DNA of 64,000 nt from a virus (Duplodnaviria; Caudoviricetes): positions 1 to 64,000 of the IMG/VR virus record IMGVR_UViG_3300037067_002168; one strand, 5' to 3'. Positions within the stretch are counted from its first letter, which is position 1; the number at the start of each line of letters is the position of its first letter. Shown here piece by piece: positions 10,041 to 18,877 of the stretch. Below the pieces are notes generated by a model that was given only the letters and a program-made list of their open reading frames with translations, had not been told where the DNA came from and searched no databases. Both the position numbers and the translations under genes were made by a program.

Positions 10041-10634
10041 ATGCCTGACTACCACGGTGCCTATCCTGACTTCATGCAGTCTAACCATGCCAGACGAGTT
10101 TCTAGGCGTATGCGACGTCAAGCAATACCCATATATTTGCTAGATGCAATCAAGTCAGTAATTCAACCGGGGGAGAGCATCTTAGACATTGGATCGAGCG
10201 TCGGATGGCTTGTCTATCTGCTGAGAAGAGAGGGATTCAAGATCGACGGAGTTGATGGATCAGAGAATGTCGAGCAGGTATCTAGTGGACTAGTTCAGCA
10301 GTTAGATTTAGTGTCTGGCGACTGCAGTCCCTGGATTGACAGATACGACTGGGGTTTGTTCTACGAAGTTGGCGAGCATGTACCAGCCCAGTACGAAGAT
10401 GTCTTGGTACGCAACGTAGCTAGTATTCCTAAGAAGGGATTGATCGTCAGTTGGAATGCCTACAACACGAAGCGAGAGGATCACGTCAACCTGCGTCCAG
10501 AGAAGTATGTAGTGTCTCTATTTAGCAAGTATGGGATGGTCCGAGATGACACAGCAACGGATCGATACCGTCAACTGTTTGGTGAGAAGAAGAGTAGAAA
10601 GTACAATCCGTTCGTCTTAATAAGGTCTTCGTAA
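10041..10634 (+). CDS. class I SAM-dependent methyltransferase
   Basis: ILDIGSSVG, GVDGS, EVGEHVP. Confidence 0.85.
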   Translation: MPDYHGAYPDFMQSNHARRVSRRMRRQAIPIYLLDAIKSVIQPGESILDIGSSVGWLVYLLRREGFKIDGVDGSENVEQVSSGLVQQLDLVSGDCSPWIDRYDWGLFYEVGEHVPAQYEDVLVRNVASIPKKGLIVSWNAYNTKREDHVNLRPEKYVVSLFSKYGMVRDDTATDRYRQLFGEKKSRKYNPFVLIRSS

Positions 10635-11389
10635 TGTCGGCATTGATCAGAGTCTTGTGGGGTTCTAGCAATGCGCCGCTGTCGAAGTGGAACCGCGTGT
10701 GGTACAACCACATACGGCGGTGGCGGGCCAAGGAGACGAATCCAGACTGCCAGTACATCTACGTCTACGGGAAAGACAACGCTGACCGCCTGACAAGGTT
10801 GGGATTTCCTCGGGTCGTCCTGTTGAACAACGATCCATGGCCAGATGGTCAAGCCGATCGAATTACAGGTAAACACCTGGTGCGGCCGTGGTACTACAAG
10901 ATCGAGATGATTCGCCAAGCAATGCTCGATCACAGCGAGATCGTCTATTGCGACTGGGATGTCTGCTATGTGAAGCAGGATTGGCCCTACGTCCTATCCC
11001 GTCTGGCAGGTCGCGACAGCACATTCGTGGCCTACGGGTACAAGCGATCGAGGCCAGGTAAATCGTCCAAGTCGGCCGACGGCCGTATTGCCGTCTCAGG
11101 CCGCTGGTATCATTTCAACCGGATCGATTTTGTGGAGACGGTCTTGGCGCGCATGCTGTCCAAAGACGCCAGCATTCTCTATTGGCATGACGAGATAGTT
11201 GTTAGAGAGATACTGGATCAGTTGAATGGGGGTTGGATGGGTGATTCCAAGTGGCTACAATACTACGAATCACCGATCACCGTGGTGCCTCCCAAGCGCT
11301 CTCCGTGGGGTCTGTCTCTGACCGACGACGAATCAGGTATCACCAGAGACACACCGATCCCCTTCACGTGGGAGCGAGTGTTCGTTTAA
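10634..11389 (+). CDS. putative glycosyltransferase-like protein
   Basis: IVYCDWDV DXD motif; context. Confidence 0.45.
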   Translation: MSALIRVLWGSSNAPLSKWNRVWYNHIRRWRAKETNPDCQYIYVYGKDNADRLTRLGFPRVVLLNNDPWPDGQADRITGKHLVRPWYYKIEMIRQAMLDHSEIVYCDWDVCYVKQDWPYVLSRLAGRDSTFVAYGYKRSRPGKSSKSADGRIAVSGRWYHFNRIDFVETVLARMLSKDASILYWHDEIVVREILDQLNGGWMGDSKWLQYYESPITVVPPKRSPWGLSLTDDESGITRDTPIPFTWERVFV

Positions 11390-11412
11390 TCCGATAATCC
11401 AAGGATACTGCT

Positions 11413-11967
11413 ATGCGGAAGCACGCCAGAAGTTTGGTCAATATACTGCGAGAAATTGTAGAAGACTCTACGGCGGAAGACATCATGTGGGGTTGCGAAG
11501 TCGGCGTCTGGCGGGGTCATACGTCGGCAGCCCTACTCAAGTCGTTTCCTAACCTGTACCTGTCAGCCGTCGATCCGTGGGAGTTAGGTGCGTTTAATCC
11601 CACGATGGTCAGAGAGATGCAAGAACTACGAAAGGCGCACGAGGAGTTCTGCCAACTAACTGACCCGTTCAACCCCAGAGTCACTATACTACAGATGACC
11701 AGCTTGGAAGCAGCGTCAGTTTGCCAAGATCAGTCGCTGGACTTCGTATTCATCGACGGCGTACATACCTACGATCACGTCTGCCAAGACCTGCGCGCCT
11801 GGCAGCCGAAGGTGGCTTCTGGCGGTGTACTCAGCGGTCATGACTACGGAGGCGTGGGGGATCGTCGAGGTGTGTTCGGCGTCAAGCGCGCCGTAGACGA
11901 GTGGGCAGGCGAGCAAAAATTATCGGTCTACGTAGCGGCTGGTAACGTCTGGTGGGTACAACTATGA
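11413..11967 (+). CDS. Methyltransf_24-type SAM methyltransferase
   Basis: GCEVGVWRG, AVDPW, FVFIDGVHTY, GHDY. Confidence 0.9.
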   Translation: MRKHARSLVNILREIVEDSTAEDIMWGCEVGVWRGHTSAALLKSFPNLYLSAVDPWELGAFNPTMVREMQELRKAHEEFCQLTDPFNPRVTILQMTSLEAASVCQDQSLDFVFIDGVHTYDHVCQDLRAWQPKVASGGVLSGHDYGGVGDRRGVFGVKRAVDEWAGEQKLSVYVAAGNVWWVQL

Positions 11968-12449
11968 TTGATTACAGACTATTCAGATTTGCTGCGGCGC
12001 GGGGCACAGGTGTCTTCGACTTTATGAATGCCTGCCGTAATTCTGGAGTGACTCCGGTCGGAGGCTATACAGCGGCCGATCCCGTGGCATTCTTCGTCGA
12101 TGGCGGTACTAACCTGAAGGTGTCTCTGGTCCGGCATCCCTGTGACTACCTAGCAACCTACCTCATGACGGTAGTAGACGTAGATAAAGAAACCACCGTC
12201 AGACGCTACCTGGACTTCTGCCCAGGGATCATAGGCAGTCGGTTGCTGGCGTATGCTGCAGACTCTTACATCCGCTGCGAGTGGATGAATCCTGGATTCT
12301 ACGACCTACTGACCGCCTACGGCATACCGCACGGTCAGATACGCCCCCCAATCAACGCGCCGAAGATACGCTGGCCCCTCTCTAGGGACATCTATGACCA
12401 GGTGATGCGGGCTGAACGTGAGATGGCTGAGATGTTCGACTACTACTAG
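11964..12449 (+). CDS. hypothetical protein (possibly sulfotransferase-like)
   Basis: LVRHP motif only. Confidence 0.45.
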   Translation: MIDYRLFRFAAARGTGVFDFMNACRNSGVTPVGGYTAADPVAFFVDGGTNLKVSLVRHPCDYLATYLMTVVDVDKETTVRRYLDFCPGIIGSRLLAYAADSYIRCEWMNPGFYDLLTAYGIPHGQIRPPINAPKIRWPLSRDIYDQVMRAEREMAEMFDYY

Positions 12450-12465
12450 TGCAAAGGATGGTACC

Positions 12466-13191
12466 ATGAAGACGATCGAGATAGTGACCCATGCGTACGC
12501 CGAGGTGCTGCCGCACTATGCTGCTTGTCTAAATTACCAACTCAGTTCTCTATGGCTACATCCACCCAAAGAGTGTCAGGTAGAAGTCACCGTGTGCTAT
12601 TGTACCACGGATCAGAAGACAAAACGTGTTTTAGATTGGTTTTATGGTTTGTCCCCAGTAGTTGACGGTGTATCACTAAATTATTTGGCCTACGACAGAC
12701 AGCACTTGGGTCGGCGATGTATTGGCCGTAACGACGCGGCATTAGAAACTGCGGCCGATATAGTTTGGTTTACCGATGTTGATCACGTCTTTCGCGACGG
12801 TGTTTTAGACTCATTGGCAAATTATGTTTGGGATAATCAGACAAAGATGGTCTATCCGCAAACAATCCAGATTCATAGGGACCACGCGACGGGCGATCAG
12901 GCGTTGGCGAAGGCGGTTAAACCAGGATTGATTGATATTGACCCGGTAGAGTTTGTTAATAAGCAATACAACAGAGCTATCGGCGGTATTCAGATCGTCG
13001 ATGGGGATTTTGCTCGTTGCCATGGTTACTTGGACCAGAATGCTCGATACCAACGACCTACATCTACGCCGTTTGGCGACTTCAAGGACGACGTGAGTTT
13101 CCGGCACTTCTGCGAAATCTCTGGTGACGTTCTGGCAGTTGATCTGCCAGGTGTCTATCGCCTGCGACACAGCACTACCTCCTATCAGTAG
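12466..13191 (+). CDS. GT-A fold glycosyltransferase
   Basis: RNDAA...IVWFTDVDHVF; DDV..R. Confidence 0.7.
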   Translation: MKTIEIVTHAYAEVLPHYAACLNYQLSSLWLHPPKECQVEVTVCYCTTDQKTKRVLDWFYGLSPVVDGVSLNYLAYDRQHLGRRCIGRNDAALETAADIVWFTDVDHVFRDGVLDSLANYVWDNQTKMVYPQTIQIHRDHATGDQALAKAVKPGLIDIDPVEFVNKQYNRAIGGIQIVDGDFARCHGYLDQNARYQRPTSTPFGDFKDDVSFRHFCEISGDVLAVDLPGVYRLRHSTTSYQ

Positions 13192-13198
13192 GTGATTC

Positions 13199-13513
13199 AT
13201 GCTAAAATGGATACAGAAGATTTTGCTGCGATTACTGTTGGGTAATTACAATCTGAGTAGCGACTATCAAGACGATAGTTTAGATTGCCGAGCCGTCATC
13301 GACGGTCGTATTAAAGTCGTCCGATGCCGTGTAGTTAATCCGATAGGATTGCAATTAAACTGCTCTTGTGCTGGTCAGACTAGTCTGTTTTTAGTATCGG
13401 CAGATCAGGCCATAGACCGCGTCAGGTTCTGGCAGTTATGGCAGGCTAAACAGGGGGATGCTTGCCGAGTTACGTGGGGCGACGGCACTCCAGTGGACAT
13501 AAGCCAGATATAA
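13199..13513 (+). CDS. hypothetical protein
   Basis: 104-aa ORF ending the cluster. Confidence 0.6.
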   Translation: MLKWIQKILLRLLLGNYNLSSDYQDDSLDCRAVIDGRIKVVRCRVVNPIGLQLNCSCAGQTSLFLVSADQAIDRVRFWQLWQAKQGDACRVTWGDGTPVDISQI

Positions 13514-13797
13514 TCCCCAGCGACTCCCGACGACACCCAATTCTAACTACCTACGTCACGTTCTAAGGCACTTCAACGGATCACTGGTAGTTTATAACAT
13601 GTCTCGGGCCTACCCAGTGTTAGACAATGGCCTACGGAGTTTGGCTGGGTATCATCCTAGATTATCTAAAGTGAGTTGATATGCTTCAATAACTGCTCGG
13701 CTTTGAGATGGTGATTGTGCAGTTTATCAAATTCTGATAGTTTCATAGAATTGTTCCTATATGGTTAAACTTATATTTAGCATCCATGATCGACGTA

Positions 13798-14325
13798 TCA
13801 TCTTCCAAGTGTTCCTTGATGTTTTCGTTTACAGTATTCAGCAATTAAGATGGCATCAGCGGTAGCAAGAGTAATAATGACATGCGGAAATAGTTGTTGG
13901 GCAACCGCCTTCAGTCGATTCTTCCACTGCGTCTTACTCTCCTCTTTTTTCTTAGGCGTAATACCCAATGCCCGCTGCCATTTCTGAGGGGTAATTTCTT
14001 CAAACGGTATACCGTTAGCAATCATTGCCATCCTCAATCCGCCGTATCCAGTGCCAAACTTGAACATGGCACTGCCCGGCTGGCCGGTACCGATATACCC
14101 ACCAACCTTTTCTATTACGGCAGCGGCGTCGGTATACTCCCACGGGTAGAACCAGTCGTATATATCTCGTTCTGTCGCTGGCATCTTAATAGTTTGGACT
14201 CTACCCGACGGCAAGAAAGCAGCCAAACCACCAGATGCCCCTGGATCAACGCCGATATAGTACTTGCCATTTTGTTTAGGTATTTTGGGCATTACCGCGC
14301 TCCTAAGACTGTAATAAGTAGGCAA
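13798..14325 (-). CDS. ruvC: RuvC-like Holliday junction resolvase
   Basis: IGVDPGASGG, VIEKV, SAMFKFG, PQKWQ, ADAILIA. Confidence 0.88.
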   Translation of the reverse strand: MPTYYSLRSAVMPKIPKQNGKYYIGVDPGASGGLAAFLPSGRVQTIKMPATERDIYDWFYPWEYTDAAAVIEKVGGYIGTGQPGSAMFKFGTGYGGLRMAMIANGIPFEEITPQKWQRALGITPKKKEESKTQWKNRLKAVAQQLFPHVIITLATADAILIAEYCKRKHQGTLGR

Positions 14326-14534
14326 TCAGAATGGGTAATTTTATTTTGCGCGATAGATATTGTCACAGATAATCCTAGACGGCACGCCGCGTTACGAACC
14401 TGGACTCCCATCGCATGGGTCATACCCTGATAGTCCTTGCCTTGTACTAGCGTGAACTTCTTCTTACGAAACCAGCGTTCCCAAGGATGCCGAACGACTT
14501 TAGACTGCTTTTTTACCATGTCAGATACCTCCAA
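14292..14534 (-). CDS. hypothetical basic protein
   Basis: GGAGG RBS; overlaps the resolvase start. Confidence 0.55.
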   Translation of the reverse strand: MEVSDMVKKQSKVVRHPWERWFRKKKFTLVQGKDYQGMTHAMGVQVRNAACRLGLSVTISIAQNKITHSDCLLITVLGAR

Positions 14535-14671
14535 AATGAGTTTGAACGAGCACTATTATAAACGCTAATCGAACTGCCAATTTTTCTTCACGGTGATTTA
14601 CTAACCGGCGATAACCTCTCACGGGGTGTCAAATAACTACGCAAGCCAATTTAGATTATAATTAGGGTGGG

Positions 14672-14705
14672 AGAGTCTACTTACGTAGTACTACGTAGTA
14701 GTATA
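14672..14705 (-). repeat. 34-bp palindromic element, inverted copy at 50242-50275
   Basis: tatactactacgtagtaYtacgtaagtagacYct, 32/34 identical between copies. Confidence 0.85.
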
Positions 14706-14749
14706 AGTATAATACGGGCAACGACTTATAAAAATTAGTCAGGCCCCTA

Positions 14750-14778
14750 TTTACTTATTTTCCTAGACTATTTATAAT
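14750..14778 (+). promoter_or_regulatory. sigma70-type phage promoter
   Basis: TTTACT-N17-TATAAT with ctattt flank. Confidence 0.85.
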
Positions 14779-14827
14779 AGGCAAGCAACGGCGGTCTATT
14801 TTTGCCGCCGTCGGATTCTAAACCTTT

Positions 14828-16594
14828 TTGACAAGGATTGGTAAGATGCCAGTAGTCAAGAGCAAACCAGTTTCTAGTGGATCAAGAGAGAAAGATGCTG
14901 TCGCCGAAGAAAGGGAAATTACGTACCCTACACTCACGGCGGATGTGTGCATCGACGCGACGGCTATCACGGCCGATGATGCCAAGCAACTACTTGGCTG
15001 GCAGGAAGAGACGGAGGCGGTAAAGTTCGGCGGGGCGTTCATGTTGAAGGATTCACGCGACCGGAAGATACGATGTCACAACAATCTGAAGAATCGCCCG
15101 CTCAACTTGGTAAATCTTCAGACGCTGAAGCAAGAACACCTGCGGCGTCGCTGGCGGTTCAACGGAGAACCGATCATCGTCGGCAAGACCGGACTACTAC
15201 TCAACGGGCAACACACTCTGATCTCTCTTGTGTTAGCAGCACAGGAGTGGGAAGATGACAGAGAGAAGTGGGGCGAGTACTGGGACGCGCCTCCGACGAT
15301 GGCCAAGTTGGTGGTCAGCGGCGTCGACGAGAGCGACGAGGTGGTCAACACGATGGACACGTGCAAACCTCGTGCGCTATGGGAGGTGATCTACCGCAGC
15401 GAACACTTCGCCCACCTGAAGAACCACGAACGGAAGGTTTGCGCTCGTATGGCAGATTACGCCGTCCGCCTATTATGGCATCGCACTGGCGCCGGCATCG
15501 ACGCCTTCGCCCCGCGCCGAACCCACTCAGAGTCTCTAGGGTTCGTCACCAGGCATCCGCGACTATTGGAAGCGATTCGCCACGTTTACGAGGAGAACGG
15601 CGATGAGAATTGTATCGGTAGGTATGTCAGTCCTGGTTACGCGGCAGGACTCTGCTATCTAATGGGCTGCTCGACTACAGATTCGGCTGACTACCGATCA
15701 GCAGCGCATCCAGACGAGTCGATGCTGGATTGGAGTCAGTGGGACAAGGCGTGTAACTTCATCGTTATGCTCGCCTCTGGCGGCAACGAAACGGAGGCAG
15801 TGCGTAAGTATCTATCAGAACGGATCGAACTAGGTGGAGCTAGCAATGCCGAACGGTGGGCCATCCTAGCGAACGCCTGGATCGCCTACGACGAGTCCGG
15901 TAAGATTGCTAAGCATGATTTAGAACTCCAGATTAATGTAACGCCAGGTGGTTCGTCAGTCTTGACAGAGCATCCCACGGTCGGTGGTATCGACCTGGGC
16001 GACCCCTCTTCTGCTGATGAGGCCAAGATAGCCGCCAAAGATCCGTCACCAGAGGAGATCAAGGCCCGTTCAAAGGCCGTCAAGGAGAAGGCCATAAAGC
16101 CGACTACGCCTAAGAAAGCGGGTAAGTTTGTTCCACCTAATGCAGGCAGTAAGTCCGGTGCAGACTGGGCTGAGGGCGACAAGGCTTGGGTATTCGCCAA
16201 AGACGGCGACCACTACTTCGGCACTCTAGCGTCTGATCCCTATCTCTGCGATGATGACGTAGAACGTACCACGGTGGCCACAGAAGATGGTAATGAGTGG
16301 GAAGTAGACGTAATCAATTTACGTCTAGAACGTCCGTCCAGTTCGGCAAAGACCAAACTGAAGATGCCGAAAGCACGATCCTCCAAGCAGTCAACCAAAG
16401 CCGCTTCTACGTTCAAGATCGGCAACTCTGCCTGGGCGATAGATCGCGACGGTGAGTCGTGGCAAGGTAAGATCGTGGAGATCAACGACCAACTGAAGGT
16501 CGCCAAACTTCGCGTGGTCAACGGATTCCAGGGTGCTGGCAACGTGAGAACCGTCTCCCTGTCCGATCTGCAGAATAGCCAGCCGATCAACTAG
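14828..16594 (+). CDS. ParB-N-like domain protein with C-terminal SH3/Tudor-like modules
   Basis: NRPL...W.FNGEPI...LLNGQH.L; K/P/A-rich linker; two beta-rich modules. Confidence 0.55.
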   Translation: MTRIGKMPVVKSKPVSSGSREKDAVAEEREITYPTLTADVCIDATAITADDAKQLLGWQEETEAVKFGGAFMLKDSRDRKIRCHNNLKNRPLNLVNLQTLKQEHLRRRWRFNGEPIIVGKTGLLLNGQHTLISLVLAAQEWEDDREKWGEYWDAPPTMAKLVVSGVDESDEVVNTMDTCKPRALWEVIYRSEHFAHLKNHERKVCARMADYAVRLLWHRTGAGIDAFAPRRTHSESLGFVTRHPRLLEAIRHVYEENGDENCIGRYVSPGYAAGLCYLMGCSTTDSADYRSAAHPDESMLDWSQWDKACNFIVMLASGGNETEAVRKYLSERIELGGASNAERWAILANAWIAYDESGKIAKHDLELQINVTPGGSSVLTEHPTVGGIDLGDPSSADEAKIAAKDPSPEEIKARSKAVKEKAIKPTTPKKAGKFVPPNAGSKSGADWAEGDKAWVFAKDGDHYFGTLASDPYLCDDDVERTTVATEDGNEWEVDVINLRLERPSSSAKTKLKMPKARSSKQSTKAASTFKIGNSAWAIDRDGESWQGKIVEINDQLKVAKLRVVNGFQGAGNVRTVSLSDLQNSQPIN

Positions 16595-16656
16595 TAGTTA
16601 ATGGGTCAGTTTACCAATTTGGCTATCCACTTGTTTCTTTAACCGAGGAGTGCATC

Positions 16657-17142
16657 ATGTTACGTCGTTGCTTAGTTACGTTCGTTGCGTGTCTGATTGT
16701 TATATCGGCGGTTAGTGATTCGTTCGGTCGCGGCATTCGGCGAGGTCGAGGCGGTGGTTGTTCTTCTAGCGGTGGTACGTCCGCCTCAGAGAGTGCCGTA
16801 GTCGACGAGTCGCCGGTCTACGAAGCGGAATCTCGACTACTCAAGGCCGTCAATGCTATACGTGAGAAGTATGGCCTGCGAGCACTGATATTGGATGTTC
16901 AGTTGCATCGCAGCGCTCGTCGGCACTGCGGATGGATGGCTAACAACCAACAGATGATCCATTCGTCTGGGCATGCCGAGAACATCGCTATGGGCCAATC
17001 TGACTCAGACGCAGTGATGGCCGCTTGGCTCAACAGTAGTGGCCATCGGGCGAACATCTTGAATCCCCAATATACCAAGATTGGGGTATCAGGGTATCTG
17101 TCGCCCAACGGTAATCCGTTCTGGTGTCAGCAATTTGAGTGA
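16657..17142 (+). CDS. secreted CAP/SCP-domain protein
   Basis: Signal peptide; N..R...GL..L, ENIAMG, WLNSSGHRANIL. Confidence 0.9.
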   Translation: MLRRCLVTFVACLIVISAVSDSFGRGIRRGRGGGCSSSGGTSASESAVVDESPVYEAESRLLKAVNAIREKYGLRALILDVQLHRSARRHCGWMANNQQMIHSSGHAENIAMGQSDSDAVMAAWLNSSGHRANILNPQYTKIGVSGYLSPNGNPFWCQQFE

Positions 17143-17174
17143 ATCCGTTGACTAGTATACGCCTGTATACTACA

Positions 17175-17212
17175 AAATAGCCCCCAGGTCATTCTTGGGG
17201 GCTATTTCTTTG
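17175..17212 (+). terminator. intrinsic terminator
   Basis: aaatagccccca/tgggggctattt stem followed by ctttg. Confidence 0.75.
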
Positions 17213-17283
17213 TATCGTAACTTGTTACTCTATAACAGTTTATAACTATTTTAGAAAATCTTTCAAAATAGCCTATTAGGCTA

Positions 17284-17312
17284 TTTACTTTTTGACCGAT
17301 ACTATTTATAAT
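17284..17312 (+). promoter_or_regulatory. sigma70-type phage promoter
   Basis: TTTACT-N17-TATAAT. Confidence 0.85.
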
Positions 17313-17355
17313 AGCTAACGTGATGAGGAAAACCACTAACCTAAAGGATACTAAA

Positions 17356-17553
17356 ATGTTTCGCCTGCATCGTAATTATGATTCGGAAACTGGTAACAGA
17401 GGTATTGAAGCTGTGTCAGTCTGCCTATTCGGTTGTGGCGTGGAGTTACGTTGGCGGTCCGCTGCTGATGGAATCACTCCGCATGTTTGTTTGATTTGGT
17501 GGTTACGCCACCACAGTTGGTGTAAGTCAGTCACGTTTTACGGCGCTGACTAG
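17356..17553 (+). CDS. hypothetical protein
   Basis: AAAGGA RBS; first gene after the promoter. Confidence 0.55.
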   Translation: MFRLHRNYDSETGNRGIEAVSVCLFGCGVELRWRSAADGITPHVCLIWWLRHHSWCKSVTFYGAD

Positions 17554-17607
17554 CCGAAACGGCCTTCGGGCCGTCTGCCAGATTTTACCCACTGGCACTG
17601 ATGAGGC
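17553..17607 (+). ncRNA. hammerhead ribozyme, type II
   Basis: GCC-GAAAC-GGCC-UUCG-GGCC-GUC|UGCCAG-loop-CUGGCA-CUGAUGA-GGC: complete core and three helices. Confidence 0.92.
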
Positions 17608-17630
17608 AGGTTACACAAAGGATACCAAAA

Positions 17631-18017
17631 ATGATTGTTACAAAAGAACAGATTATTAGCGTGAAAACGAAGAAAGAACTCCTTGCACTATCATCTTCCC
17701 ACTGCTCCAACTGCTCCAACTGCTCCAACTGCTCCCACTGCTCCCACTGCTACGACTGCTACGACTGCTTCCACTGCTCCAACTGCTCCAACTGCTCCAA
17801 CTGCTCCCACTGCTCCCACTGCTACGACTGCTACGACTGCTTCCACTGCTCCAACTGCTCCAACTGCTCCCGCTGCTCCCACTGCTCCCACTGCTCCAAC
17901 TGCTCCGATTGTCTGCTGTCTAAGGATTTGGAAAATGCCAGATTCGCTGTTTATAGTGTTATACTCACAGAAAAAGAATACAGAAAAATCGAACAGATTT
18001 ACACGAAAAATACCTGA
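17631..18017 (+). CDS. Cys-rich (CxxCxxC) repeat protein
   Basis: AAAGGA RBS; 23 Cys-x-x triplets encoded by a 9-bp repeat. Confidence 0.7.
   Translation: MIVTKEQIISVKTKKELLALSSSHCSNCSNCSNCSHCSHCYDCYDCFHCSNCSNCSNCSHCSHCYDCYDCFHCSNCSNCSRCSHCSHCSNCSDCLLSKDLENARFAVYSVILTEKEYRKIEQIYTKNT
17703..17912 (+). repeat. 9-bp tandem repeat with a 72-bp higher-order duplication
   Basis: tgctccaac/tgctcccac/tgctacgac units; 17703-17774 equals 17775-17846. Confidence 0.95.
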
Positions 18018-18025
18018 GGGGGTGG

Positions 18026-18247
18026 GTGATGACTGTAAGTAAGGCAGCCGAGATCATCGGGTGTAGCGTGCGGTACGTTCGCACGCTCATCAAGTTGCAG
18101 AAGATCGCAGCCACCAGAGACTGGATTGAAGGTGAGGGCCCACGTTGGGATATATCACTACGTGAGGCAGAACGGTTCCGTGATACTAAGCAGTCTCGGG
18201 GGTATCCCCGAGGAAAACTACGTATTAAAAAGGATACTCAATCGTGA
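18026..18247 (+). CDS. excisionase-like HTH DNA-binding protein
   Basis: MTVSKAAEIIGCSVRYVRTLI..KIAA. Confidence 0.8.
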   Translation: MMTVSKAAEIIGCSVRYVRTLIKLQKIAATRDWIEGEGPRWDISLREAERFRDTKQSRGYPRGKLRIKKDTQS

Positions 18248-18639
18248 AGAAAAGAGAGATCAATGAGTTGCTGTTCGAGACGATCTACCACGCGGCGCAG
18301 GCCAAGGGCACTCTGGCTGCTACCCGATTGACTCCACGGCCGATGATTGTTCAGCAACACGCCAATCCGCTGGATGATGATTCGCCGGTTGTAGCCCACT
18401 GGGACGTGTCTCAGGGAGTCTGCGGATTTGCCTGGGTGGTCGTCAGTCCCGGCACCAGTGCGTTTGCCAAGTGGCTAGTCAAGCACGACTACGCCAAGCC
18501 ACACTACTATGGCGGCGTCAGTATTTGGATCCGAAACTAAGGTCAGTGCTATGAACGTAAAGTCGCTCATGCTCAGGCGATGGCTACTTACCTTCGTAAG
18601 GTGGGAATCAGAGCCAGCGCCGGTGATCGACTAGATTAA
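18244..18639 (+). pseudogene. phage protein interrupted by an in-frame TAA at 18538-18540
   Basis: Frame continues GQCYERKVAHAQAMATYLRKVGIRASAGDRLD*, matching my recollection of this family's C-terminus. Confidence 0.7.
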
Positions 18640-18659
18640 CCAATACAAGGAGGTGCATT

Positions 18660-18863
18660 ATGCGGGAGTACGTCATTGAAGTCGTCGTGCGAGATGACCG
18701 AGAGGAAGGTGTAGAGGGCGCAGAACGAGTGATTACATGTACCAGCATACGAGCCACCGGAGAACTAGACGCACGCCGGCAGGTGCTGGAACGATTGTGG
18801 CATCGTCGACTGCTAGCCAGTCAGTTCAATTCTATCCAGGTACGCCAACCCAAATCCAGATAA
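18660..18863 (+). CDS. hypothetical protein
   Basis: AAGGAGG RBS. Confidence 0.65.
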   Translation: MREYVIEVVVRDDREEGVEGAERVITCTSIRATGELDARRQVLERLWHRRLLASQFNSIQVRQPKSR

Positions 18864-18877
18864 CCTGAAAACAAATC

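Noticed and set aside
16012-16026. CTGATGAG strings at about 16014 and 8538 as further hammerheads
   Set aside because: They are inside coding regions with no matching GAAA/stem architecture.
17683-18042. APT-repeat ORF and antisense GAV-repeat ORF (17691-17891)
   Set aside because: Alternative frames of the 9-bp repeat; the Cys frame has the RBS and unique flanks.
18538-18540. Genome-wide stop-codon reassignment
   Set aside because: TAA, TAG and TGA all terminate well-supported genes; only one interruption was seen.
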